Assembly (NCBI RefSeq): GCF_964213995.1
Contig: NC_135804.1
Span: 38,564,001 to 38,628,000 of the forward strand
Direction of reading: 5' to 3'
DNA: 64,000 nucleotides
Origin: Mustelus asterias
Lineage: Eukaryota
Part shown: piece by piece, positions 27,393-39,035 of the stretch
How the letters are laid out: the number at the start of each line of letters is the position of its first letter
Numbering within the stretch: position 1 is the first letter of the stretch
Position numbers and translations under genes: made by a program
The notes under the pieces: model-generated
Told to the model about the DNA's origin: nothing
The model's input: the letters and a program-made list of their open reading frames with translations, nothing else
Database searches by the model: none

Positions 27393-29015
27393 TTTTTCAA
27401 ATGTTAAAAGCATTGTGCTGGATGCTTACAAATGTTATTGTACACAGATGGGCCACAAACAATTCAAATCAATTAATTTGTACTGTATGCGTCCTGAATT
27501 CCCAAATCAAGGGTATTGTTGTACAATTCAAACTCAGACACCAAATAACTGGAAATTTCCAATATTTGGTAGGATGACAGATTGCTATACTGAGTTTCTA
27601 ATGTGTGGTAAAACTGAAATGTACAAATTCAATCATGAGTGGAACCATGGAATAATATTTTGCTTCAATTTTTAGATCTGAAACAGGAACACTGCATTCA
27701 CACCATTATCAATGCACCTAAAATTGTTTTTCCTACTTACTTCTTCAGATTCGTAGGCTATATTTTCATAATGGAAGTTATTTGTCTTGCTAACCCCTCA
27801 AAATGACAAGGGAGCTTTTGCCAATATTTACCAACTCATACATCAAGGGAATCTAGGAAATCCACAGAAGTGCAAACTCCCTTTTTGCATGGAAGAAAGA
27901 CTTCATCCCTCAAATCCTAGCTGCATCTGCGCACTGTGATAAGACAGTACAGGGAAAAAAAGCAACCCAAAAATGGCAGCCTACTGTAATCAGAGTGTGT
28001 TACAACATAGTGCTGGCCTTGTTAACAGTACATCACAGCAAGAATTATATATAATCTATCACTGGTGTTCCAGATTAAAGCAACCTCTTTCATTATCAGA
28101 TCATTTGAATTTGCTGTCAATTTTAGATTGGATGTATTTATTGCAGCTCATCTCTCATTTCGCCTATTGTTTTGATTTGTGCTCTTTTTATTGTGCATGT
28201 TACTGAGCACCCTCCTACAATTTGATATATCAATCAAGCATTTGTCAGTCTGTTAATCCACAAATTCATTTGAGATTGGTGTATCCAATTCTTCAACTCC
28301 TCCCTTTCATTTATTCTATCCCCAACACCTCAACTAAAATGCTTCAAATTCTGACTCCTGGCAGCTTTTAAGTTTCATCCACAAAAATCAATTTTGAGTC
28401 GAAGTCTGATTAAGCATTCGCACTTGCAACACCGTGACTTGTCTTTTCTCATTACAGAAAAATGGGAATTATAACAGAACTTTGGTAAAAACAATTCTTC
28501 AGATGTGAAATATGATTTGAAGCTAGGTGAATGCATTTCCTTTTAATTTCTATATAAAATGTCTAAACTGGAATTGTCAGAAAGTTTGTTTCCCTTAAAG
28601 AACTGATAGATTGGACACTGGTTACACGCTCTTCCAAATGGTTAATTTTTACATGCCTAGACAGCAAGGGAAAAAACCCACCAGCCCAGTTATTCCGTCA
28701 ACTCCCTGCCCAAGAAATACCAACTACATCTAACTCACCATTGCCCAGGAACTTGAATTTGTTTATATGTAAAGATCTATTGCTATCAATTGAGATACTG
28801 AATGTCCCAGAAGTCTTGTTTTAAATGTAGCTTATCTTCAATAATGATATAACTATGCCTTGACAAACCAAGTTGGAATGATGCCCAGCCAAGTGCCCAT
28901 CATAACCAAACTCAAGGTTAAATTTGAGTCAGTACAACTTCGAGTTTTGTTACATATAGCCCCCCCCCCAAAAAAAATGCATAAAACTCAAAGGATTATA
29001 ACCAACAGAACTCAC

Positions 29016-29074
29016 CTTCTGAATGTTAATTATAAATAAGGAGACTTCTCAATCTACACTGCTGAATCTTCAAG
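29016..29074 (-). other. Candidate 5'UTR exon of NCOA5-like gene
   Basis: Consensus donor AAG|GTGAGT and pyrimidine-rich acceptor ctctgtctttggtttccactgttaaag|; no transcript evidence. Confidence 0.3.
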
Positions 29075-29853
29075 CTTTAACAGTGGAAACCAAAGACAGA
29101 GATTAAAGTGGTAACAGAAGGGAGTGTTAAACATAGATGCTAATCTAACTTTTCTCTTCAGATTCGACTGATGAGAACCTCCAACATTTTTTGTACTTTT
29201 ATTGCAGATTACCAACATTTGCAATGTTCAACGTTTGTGAAATGCAACGTCTGAATCATTTTCTAAAAGAAAGTGCGGAATGTGGGGAAATGGTTGATAG
29301 CGTGTGCGTCAAGTTAAAAATAAATAACCCGTCGTCCGATACCAGGCGGGTGCAACGGCGCTGATTTCGGCGGCTGGTGTTCGGGGAGTTTAAAAATCAA
29401 CAGAAGAGGCGACTCGGTCAAACGGGCATCTTCACAACATGGCCACCGAGTCCGGGCCCAATAAAAGTTCGGGGGTGTCGCCTTCGGTCACAGAGACCGA
29501 AATAAATCGGAGCGCGGCTCGAGGCGAGGCCGCCCACAGGCGCGGGGGTGAGGCGGAGAGGCCGGGCCCAGAGCGAGCTGCTCACAAAGCCTCCGCCTGG
29601 GGCAGCAGCGGCGGCGGCGGCCGGGCCCGGGCCTAGGCCTCGCCGCCATCCCCACCAAACAAAGGAACGTTTCCAGCCAAAATTAAACCCGGGGGCGGCG
29701 AGGCAAGACTGAAATAAAATGGAGGATCGGTGGCCGGGCCCGGGTGGCGGGCAGTGTTGTGGAAGCAGAAACCTCCCCTCCCCTCCCCTCACATCAAAAT
29801 GAAAGCCCCATTCACCTCCTGCTGCTGCTCGCTCTGCTCTGCAAGCTGCCAAC

Positions 29854-30048
29854 CTGACCCGGAAACACAAACCAACCGCTCGTCCTCACCCGGAAATACA
29901 AACCAGCCACGCACCACCGCCCTCCCCCCACTTTCTCCCCCTCCTCACCCGGAAATACAAACCAACCAACCCCCTCCTCACCCGGAAATACAAACTATCC
30001 TCACCCGGAAATACAAACCAACCGCCCCTCCTCACCCGGAAACAAGCC
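29854..30048. repeat. Six-copy promoter repeat CTCACCCGGAAATACAAACC
   Basis: Copies at ~29854, 29884, 29943, 29976, 29999, 30030. Confidence 0.9.
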
Positions 30049-30249
30049 AACATCTCTCTCCTCTCCACCCCACCCTCCCCGGATCCGCTTCCTTTCATCT
30101 CCACCAATCGGATCACTCCTTACATAGCCGCCGCCAACATCCAATCAGCCGCGGCTTTGGGAGAGAGAGTGGGTGGGGAGGAGCCGGAGCCGGAGCCGGA
30201 GGGTCAGAGGGCAGCCAGGGCCGGGGGGAGGGGGCTGCGGATTGTGATG

Positions 30250-30274
30250 ATGAACTCGCTGGAACAAGCTGAAG
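30250..30274 (+). CDS. CNEP1R1: CNEP1R1 exon 1 (MNSLEQAE; an extra in-frame ATG lies at 30247)
   Basis: ATG AAC TCG CTG GAA CAA GCT GAA G|gtaaat. Confidence 0.95.
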
Positions 30275-30379
30275 GTAAATGGTGGTGGTGGAAGGGGGGA
30301 TGGGTGTGCGCGCGCCCCGGAGCCGGTTACGCTCCACCGCAGCCTGTCAGATGGAGAATGTGGTTGATTTGTCTTGCAG

Positions 30380-30451
30380 ATCTCAAGGCTTTCGAGAGGA
30401 GGCTGACCGAGTACATCTCCTGCTTACAGCCGGCAACGGGACGGTGGCGAA
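30380..30451 (+). CDS. CNEP1R1: CNEP1R1 exon 2
   Basis: ttgcag|AT CTC AAG GCT TTC GAG...TGG CGA A|gtgagt; [24 protein letters not shown]. Confidence 0.96.
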
Positions 30452-33400
30452 GTGAGTATCCACAGGGTGTGTGTGTGTCCACCCTCAGTGAGTATCCACA
30501 GGGTGTGTGTGTGTGTCCACCCTCAGTGAGTATCCACAGGGTGTGTGTGTGTCCACCCTCAGTGAGTATCCACAGGGTGTGTGTGTGTGTGTCCACCCTC
30601 AGTGAGTATCCACAGGGTGTGTGTGTGTCCACCCTCAGTGAGTATCCACAGGGTGTGTGTGTGTCCACCCTCAGTGAGTATCCACAGGGTGTGTGTGTGT
30701 GTCCACCCTCAGTGAGTATCCACAGGGTGTGTGTGTGTCCACCCTCAGTGAGTATCCACAGGGTGTGTGTGTGTCCACCCTCAGTGAGTATCCACAGGGG
30801 GTGTGTGTGTGTCCACCCTCAGTGAGTATCCACAGGGTGTGTGTGTGTCCACCCTCAGTGAGTATCCACAGGGTGTGTGTGTGTCCACCCTCAGTGAGTA
30901 TCCACAGGGTGTGTGTGTGTCCGCCCTCAGTGAGTATCCACAGGGTGTGTGTGTGTGTGTGTGTGTCCATCCTCAGTGAGTATCCACAGGGTGTGTGTGT
31001 GTGTGTCCATCCTCAGTGAGTATCCACAGGGTGTGTGTGTGTGTGTCCCCTCAGTGAGTATCCACAGGGTGTGTGTGTGTGTGTCCCCTCAGTGAGTATC
31101 CACAGGGTGTGTGCGTGTGTGTCCACCCTCAGTGAGTATCCACAGGGTGTGTATGTGTGTCCACCCTCAGTGAGTATCCACAGGGTATTTGTGCGTGTCC
31201 ATCCTCAGTGAGTATCCACAGGGTGTGTATGTGTGTAAACCCTCAGTGAGTATCCACAGGGTGTGTGTGTGTCCCCTCAGTGAGTATCCACAGGGTGTGT
31301 GTGTGTCCCCTCAGTGAGTATCCACAGGGTGTGTGCGTGTGTCCACCCTCAGTGAGTATCCACAGGGTGTGTGTGTGTGTCCACCCTCAGTGAGTATCCA
31401 CAGGGTGTGTGTGTGTGTCCACCCTCAATGAGTATCCACAGGGTGTGTGTGTGTGTGTCCACCCTCAGTGAGTATCCACAGGGTGTGTGTGTGTGTCCAT
31501 CCTCAGTGAGTATCCACAGGGTGTGTGTGTGTGTGTCCCCTCAGTGAGTATCCACAGGGTGTGTGTGTGTGTGTCCCCTCAGTGAGTATCCACAGGGTGT
31601 GTGCGTGTGTGTCCACCCTCAGTGAGTATCCACAGGGTGTGTATGTGTGTCCACCCTCAGTGAGTATCCACAGGGTATTTGTGCGTGTCCATCCTCAGTG
31701 AGTATCCACAGGGTGTGTATGTGTGTAAACCCTCAGTGAGTATCCACAGGGTGTGTGCGTGTGTCCACCCTCAGTGAGTATCCACAGGGTGTGTGTGTGT
31801 GTCCACCCTCAATGAGTATCCACAGGGTGTGTGTGTGTGTGTCCACCCTCAGTGAGTATCCACAGGGTGTGTGTGTGTGTCCATCCTCAGTGAGTATCCA
31901 CAGGGTGTGTGTGTGTGTGTCCCCTCAGTGAGTATCCACAGGGTGTGTGTGTGTCCCCTCAGTGAGTATCCACAGGGTGTGTGTGTGTGTGTCCACCCTC
32001 AGTGAGTATCCACAGGGTGTGTGTGTGCGTGTCCACCCTCAGTGAGTATCCACAGGGTGTGCGTGTGTGTCCCCTCAGTCAGTATCCACAGGGTATGTGT
32101 GTGTCCACCCTCAGTGACTATCCACAGGGTATTTGTGTGTGTCCACCCTCAGTGAGTATCCACAGGGTGTGTGTGTGTGTCCACCCTCAGTGAGTATCCA
32201 CAGGGTGTGTGTGTGTGTCCACCCTCAATGAGTATCCACAGGGTGTGTGTGTGTGTGTCCACCCTCAGTGAGTATCCACAGGGTGTGTGTGTGCGTGTCC
32301 ACCCTCAGTGAGTATCCACAGGGTGTGCGTGTGTGTCCCCTCAGTCAGTATCCACAGGGTATGTGTGTGTCCACCCTCAGTGACTATCCACAGGGTATTT
32401 ATGCGTGTCCATCCTCAGTGAGTATCCACAGGGTGTGTGCGTGTCCACCCTCAGTGACTATCCACAGGGTATTTGTGTGTGTCCACCCTCAGTGAGTATC
32501 CACAGGGTGTGTGTGTGTGTCCACCCTCAGTGAGTATCCACAGGGTGTGTGTGTGTGTCCACCCTCAATGAGTATCCACAGGGTGTGTGTGTGTGTGTCC
32601 ACCCTCAGTGAGTATCCACAGGGTGTGTGTGTGCGTGTCCACCCTCAGTGAGTATCCACAGGGTGTGCGTGTGTGTCCCCTCAGTCAGTATCCACAGGGT
32701 ATGTGTGTGTCCACCCTCAGTGACTATCCACAGGGTATTTATGCGTGTCCATCCTCAGTGAGTATCCACAGGGTGTGTGCGTGTCCATCCTCAGTGAGTA
32801 TCCACAGGGTGTGTATGTGTGTCCACCCTCAGTGAGTATCCACAGGGTGTGCGTGTGTCCACCCTCAGTGAGTATCCACAGGGTGTGCGTGTGTCCACCC
32901 TCAGTGAGTATCCACAGAGTGTGTGTGTCCATCCTCAGTGAGTATCCACAGGGTGTGTGTGTGTGTCCACCCTCAGTGAGTATCCACAGGGTGTGTGTGT
33001 GTGTGTGTCCACCCTCAGTGAGTATCCACAGGGTATTTGTGCGTGTCCACCCTCAGTGAGTATCCACAAGGTATTTGTGCGTGTCCATCCTCAGTGAGTA
33101 TCCACAGGGTGTGTGTGTGTCCACCCTCAGTGAGTATCCACAGGGTGTGTGTGCGTGTCCCCCCTCAGAGAGTATCCACAGGGTGTGCGCGTGTCCCCCC
33201 TCAGTGAGTATCGACAGGGTGTGTGTGTGTCCACCCTCAGTGAGTATCCACAGGGTGTGTGTGCGTGTCCCCCCTCAGAGAGTATCCACAGGGTGTGTGC
33301 GTGTCCCCCCTCAGTGAGTATCCACAGGGTGTGTGTGTGTCCATCCTCAGTGAGTATCCACAGGGTGTGTGTGTGTGTCCACCCTCAGTGAGTATCCACA

Positions 33401-34562
33401 GGGTATTTGTGCGTGTCCACCCTCAGTGAGTATCCACAGGGTATGTGTGTGTCCACCCTCAGTGAGTATCCACAGGGTATTTGTGCGTGTCCATCCTCAG
33501 TGAGTATCCACAGGGTGTGTGTGCGTGTCCACCCTCAGTGAGTATCCACAGGGTGTGTGTGCGTGTCCCCCCTCAGAGAGTATCCACAGGGTGTGTGCGT
33601 GTCCCCCCTCAGTGAGTATCGACAGGGTGTGTGTGTGTCCACCCTCAGTGAGTATCCACAGGGTGTGTGTGCGTGTCCCCCCTCAGAGAGTATCCACAGG
33701 GTGTGTGCGTGTCCCCCCTCAGTGAGTATCCACAGGGTGTGTGTGTGTCCATCCTCAGTGAGTATCCACAGGGTGTGTGTGTGTGTCCACCCTCAGTGAG
33801 TATCCACAGGGTATTTGTGCGTGTCCACCCTCAGTGAGTATCCACAGGGTATGTGTGTGTCCACCCTCAGTGAGTATCCACAGGGTATTTGTGCGTGTCC
33901 ATCCTCAGTGAGTATCCACAGGGTGTGTGTGCGTGTCCACCCTCAGTGAGTATCCACAGGGTGTGTGTGCGTGTCCCCCCTCAGAGAGTATCCACAGGGT
34001 GTGTGCGTGTCCCCCCTCAGTGAGTATCGACAGGGTGTGTGTGTGTCCACCCTCAGTGAGTATCCACAGGGTGTGTGTGCGTGTCCCCCCTCAGAGAGTA
34101 TCCACAGGGTGTGTGCGTGTCCCCCCTCAGTGAGTATCCACAGGGTGTGTGTGTGTCCATCCTCAGTGAGTATCCACAGGGTGTGTGTGTGTGTCCACCC
34201 TCAGTGAGTATCCACAGGGTATTTGTGCGTGTCCACCCTCAGTGAGTATCCACAGGGTATGTGTGTGTCCACCCTCAGTGAGTATCCACAGGGTATTTGT
34301 GCGTGTCCATCCTCAGTGAGTATCCACAGGGTGTGTGTGCGTGTCCACCCTCAGTGAGTATCCACAGGGTGTGTATGTGTCCCCTCAGTGAGTATCCACA
34401 GGGTGTGTGTGTGTGTCCCCTCAGTGAGTATCCACAGGGTGTGTGTGTGTGTCCCCTCAGTGAGTATCCACAGGGTGTGTGCGTGTGTCCACCCTCAGTG
34501 AGTATCCACAGGGTGTGTGTGTCCCCTCAGTGAGTATCCACAGGGTGTGTGCGTGTCCACCC
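30452..34562 (+). repeat. Compound minisatellite, unit GTGAGTATCCACAGG(GT)nCCACCCTCA (~34-46 bp, roughly 110 copies)
   Basis: Directly visible tandem array starting exactly at the exon-2 donor; variable (GT)n; higher-order periodicities. Confidence 0.98.
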
Positions 34563-35060
34563 TTTTTGATTTCATTTATTATTGTCACATGTATTATCCT
34601 ACAGTGAAAAGTCTTGTTTCTTGCGTGCTATACAGACAAAGCATACCGTTCATAGAGAAGGAAAGGAGAGGGGGCAGAATGTAGTGTTACAGTCATTGGG
34701 TGTAGAGAAAGATAAACGTAATGTGAGGTAGGTCCGTTCAAAAGTCTGACAGCAGCAGGGGAGAAGCTGTTCTTGAGTCGGTTGGTACGTGACCTCAGAT
34801 GTATCTTTTTCCCAACGGAAGAAGGTGGAAGAGAGAATGTCCGGGGTGCGTGGGGTCCTTAATTGTGCTTGGCTGCTTTGCCAAGGCAGCAGGAAGCGTA
34901 GACAGAGTCAATGGATGGGAGGCTGGTTTGCGTGATGGATTGGGCTACATTCACGACCTTTTGTAGTTTCTTGCAGTCTTGGGCAGAGCAGGAGCCATAC
35001 CAAGCTGTGATACAACCAGAAATAATGCTTTCTGTGGTGCATCTGTAAAAGTTGGTGAGA
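34563..35060 (-). mobile_element. Rex1/Babar-like LINE 3' fragment interrupting the minisatellite
   Basis: FYRCTTESIISGCITAWYGSCSAQD (ORF 34859..35089); same 3' end as 59078-59420. Confidence 0.8.
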
Positions 35061-37260
35061 TACACACATACCCTGAGACACATACTCACCCTCGGTGAGT
35101 ATCCAGGATGTGTGTGTCCCTCCTCGGTGAGTATCCAGGGTGTGTATGTGTCCGTTCTCGGTGAAAGGAGAGAGGGGGGTGGGGGTGTAATGCTGTAAAT
35201 AGCAATGGAGGCAGTTGTTTAGAGTTGCACTTCTAGATGCAGTTTTAGTGGTGGGTACATATACTCCAGAGTAGTAGTATCAAGTGGTCCATTAAACATT
35301 CATACAAAAGGAAGGTATTGTGGGTGCTGGAAACCTGACGTAAAAACAGAAAATGCTGTAAAACTGAAATGGAAACAAAAAATTCTGAGAATCTGAACTA
35401 AAAACAAGATTATGTACATCTGAAATAAAAACAAAAGACGTTGCAAATCTGCAATGCAAACAGAAAATGCTGCAAATCTGACATAAAAACAAAAATGGCT
35501 GGTCCACCCTGAAGCGTTAACTCTTCTATTTTCACAAATGCTACCAGATCTGCAGATTGTTTTGAGTATTTTTTATTTTTGTTCTCATTAAATGTGCTGC
35601 AGATTGCTTTATCCCTGGTGAAATGTGATGGATTGAAATAATCGCTGTCATCACATTGGTTCAGTACAGCACCTTGCTTTTCTTCATGTATAGCAACTGA
35701 AATAACATGCTATTAATGCAGCAAAAAAAATCACTAGGATTTTCCAATCCTAGCTTTGAGCATCTATGTTGTACAGGACACTGTCTACATACTCGGGCAT
35801 TAAGAAGTCAACCTCAAAGGTTTCCTCTTTCCACCACCAGCCTACAAACAAATTAAAGAACTTTTATAGTTGCTAAGATGTTCAATGGCTGGAAGGATTC
35901 TCATTTCAGTATTTAAGGTACAAGCAAGTGTTTAGTGTCTTATGGATAATCAATATGAGCCGTACAGACCAGGAACACCAAAGGTTCAATCCCCTGAGCT
36001 TCATTGTCCTTCATTATGGATGGGAAAAATCAGCTAGGATTTCTACTCCTTAGCAATGTTCAGTGACAATTGCAAAATTATAATGTTGTGAACTTCACAT
36101 AGGGCAGAATTAGGTTTCACTGCAATTTTCCGCTGTCCTGAAGTGCTTGAAAAGCCTGCTTTTGATCAAAAAATCCTTCCAAGATTGATTAATCAATCAT
36201 GGCCACTGGGGCAGAATAACAAGTTTCGGCAGTGCCGTGAGACTCAACCCTAGCAAGAATTGAAACCATCGTGAGATCAGGCTGTCAGAAATAATTTAGA
36301 AGAGAAATTGCTTGAAGCAACCCACAAAATCTTATCAATCACCTTCTGAATCTGTGAATTGCCACTCTTTGAAGAACTCAGCCAGGTTTGTAATATTGGG
36401 AGGGTGGTCAGGGCAACCAGTGTGTTCAATGCACAATGATGATATACTTATTGCAACTATGGGTGGGATTTTCCAGCCCCACCCACCACCAAGAGCACCA
36501 GGTCCTGCTGAAAATGAGTGGGCTATGGCTGGCTCATGGCAGGTACTCCCACAGAGGGGCTGAAAAATTTTGGCCTCTGTCTTCCACAGAGAAGCATGCT
36601 CCAACAAGGAGTTTATTAATAATACACAGTATTAAGGGCCTGCCAAATACATTTTCATTATGTGGTGCCGAGCAGTATTGTAGTTAGTTATTGTGTTTCA
36701 ATTGTGCTCAACTCAAAAGTAAACTTCATATCTGTCCATGCATTGTATAAACCAAAACTTGATCTTAATGTGCAAGATATTTCAGTTAGCCTTGTTCAAG
36801 GGCATACAATACACCTCTGTACTATTGGGTATGCATTAGAAATAATATGGCTGGCCTACTGTGTGCTTCAAGCTAGTTAAAATTCCAGGATGGCAGTTTG
36901 TGTAGCTCAGGTTAAAAACTATTAATCTGGGTCATGAAAAAGTAATTACACAGATGCAAGAACTAAGCAGAATTATTTAAAATATAGATATAATTTTCTA
37001 CTTTTTGCTTGAAATAAATATCTTTTGATATGCTTATTGATGAACTTGTGCCATTGTACTCTGACGATTCATAGCACCTTGGACCTGTTCTTCACAAAAA
37101 CAACTCTTTGCCAGAAAGCAGCCTCAGAAACCATATTTTAAATGATTCGAATGGTCGATTTTTTTTTTATTCGTCCCTGGCCTGGCCACAATTTATGGCA
37201 TCCCTAATTGTCCTTGAGAAGTAGTGGTGAGCTGCCGTCTTGAACTGCTGCAGTCCATTC

Positions 37261-37372
37261 GATGTGGAGATGCCAGCATTGGACTCACCTGATGAAGGAG
37301 CATTGCTCCGAAAGCTCGTGATACCAAATAAATCTGTTGGACTCTCACCTGGCGTTGTGAGACTTCTTACTG
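37261..37372 (+). mobile_element. Short Penelope terminal-repeat insertion containing a minimal hammerhead motif
   Basis: Matches the 3' end of the PLE at 55600-55698; inserted in a LINE fragment with ctgcagtc on both sides. Confidence 0.75.
37285..37321 (+). ncRNA. Minimal type I hammerhead ribozyme motif
   Basis: TCAC-CTGATGA-A-GGAGC(ATT)GCTCC-GAAA-GC-TC-GTGA: intact core, stems I and II pair. Confidence 0.7.
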
Positions 37373-37610
37373 CAGTCTATATGTTTTAGGAACACCCGGA
37401 GTGCTGTTCAGAAGGGAGTTCAAGGATTTTGACCCAGCGACAGTGAAGGAAAATAGACACAGCTAACTTCTAGTTAAAAATAAAGATTTCTTAAAGTAAT
37501 TATGATAAGTACATTTAGAATTTTAATTTCCTTGGAATATAAATCTCTGCTATCTTACTGAACCACATCATGAAAATATTGGTAACGGGAGTTCAACTTT
37601 TTATTTGCAG

Positions 37611-37684
37611 TGATTCTCATTGTTGTTTCGGTATGTACTGCCACAGGTGCCTGGAACTGGTTAATAGATCCTGAAACGCAAAAG
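37611..37684 (+). CDS. CNEP1R1: CNEP1R1 exon 3
   Basis: ttgcag|TG ATT CTC...CAA AAG|gtaatt; [25 protein letters not shown]. Confidence 0.96.
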
Positions 37685-38174
37685 GTAATTTGAAGCCTTT
37701 ATACTTGCTTAAAATTGTCAGAAAGTTATGTCTGGTACAAATAATGTGTTTGCTCTTCAGTGGAGGTACACTTTCAGAAGGTTTGTTGGAATTGATTACT
37801 GTTTAACAACAGCTTGAGCAGATTTTCTTTTGCATTCCTACAAATTTCAGAAAGAGGCTTTATTTGGAGAAATGCACTTTACAAAAAAGTGAAACATCAG
37901 CCTCTCCAAAAATAAGGGATTCAAATTCAGTTAGTTTTCTGGCACTTTGTAAGCCAGGAAATGGTCCGAAAGAATACCGAGTGATAGTGTTAACATTTTG
38001 TTAATGTCTCCTGTGAAATTACTGGCTTGTTTGAGCAAGTGTTATGGCAAGGTTTAGAGTGCCCAAAACCCTGCAGGTTGTGTTCACTTGGCCCGAGTAG
38101 AGATGTTGTCACATATTTCTTTTCATTATAGATCTAAATCTTCCAACTTTTGAATTATGAATTCATGATTGAGT

Positions 38175-39035
38175 TATAGAACATAGAAAAGCTACAGCAC
38201 AAACAGGCCCTTCGGCCCACAAGTTGCGCCAAACAATTTCCTTACCTTCTAGGCTCATCTATAACCCTCTATCTTACTAACCTCCATGAACCTATCCAAA
38301 AGTCCCTTAAAAGACTCAATCGAATCCGCTTCCACCACCACTACCGGCAGCCGATTCCACTCACCCACCACCCTCCTGAATGAAAAACTTACCCCTAACA
38401 TCTCCTCTATACTTACTCCCCAGCACCCTAAACCCGTGGCCTCTCGTGACAACCATTTCAGCCCTGGGTAAAAGCCTCTGAGAATCCACTCTATCAATAC
38501 CTCTCAACATCTTATACACCTCTATCAGGTCACCTCTCATCCTTCGCCTCTCCAAGGAGAATAGACCTCGCTCTCTCAACCTATCCTCATAAGGCATACC
38601 ACTTAATCCCGGCAACATCCTCGTAAATCTCCTCTGCACCCGTTCTATGGCTTCCACATCCTTTCTGTAATGAGGCGACCAGAACTGGGCACAGTACTCC
38701 AGGTGGGGTCTGACCAGGGTCCTATACAGCTGCAGCATTATCTCCCGACTTCTAAACTCAATTCCTCTATTGATGAAGGCCAGTAATCCATACGCCTTCT
38801 TAACCACAGCCTCTACCTGTGCCCCCCCCATTTGAGCGTCCTATGAACCCAGACCCCAAGATCCCTCTGTTCTTCCACACTGCCAAGCGTCTTACCCTTA
38901 ATATTATATTCTTCCATCCTATTTGACCTGCCAAAATGAACCACCACACACTTATCTGGGTTGAAGTCCATCTGCCACTTCCCCGCCCAGTCTTGCATCT
39001 TATCTATGTCTCGTTGCAACTGCTGACATCCCTCT
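38175..39035 (-). mobile_element. CR1 (HER1-like) 3' fragment, relatively young
   Basis: ORFs 38361..38831 and 38813..39019: LVRPHLEYCAQFWSP, WAGKWQMDFNPDKC; atagaac tail. Confidence 0.92.

Larger units (their letters stand above)
29300..30450. promoter_or_regulatory. CpG island / bidirectional promoter of NCOA5-like and CNEP1R1
   Basis: Sharp rise in GC and CpG; CCAAT boxes at 30104 and 30141; six CCGGAA (ETS-like) cores; divergent genes on either side. Confidence 0.85.

Noticed and set aside
29418-30337. GC-rich ORFs in the CpG island
   Set aside because: Expected by chance in GC-rich promoter sequence; no recognisable homology
30157-34533. Many 60-220 aa ORFs (SEYPQGVCV.../PPSVSIHRV...)
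   Set aside because: By-products of the minisatellite; only 30250-30274 and 30380-30451 are real coding sequence
30452-34562. CRISPR-like array of constant repeat plus variable spacer
   Set aside because: The variable parts are only (GT)n length variants, not unique spacers; eukaryotic intron context and no cas genes
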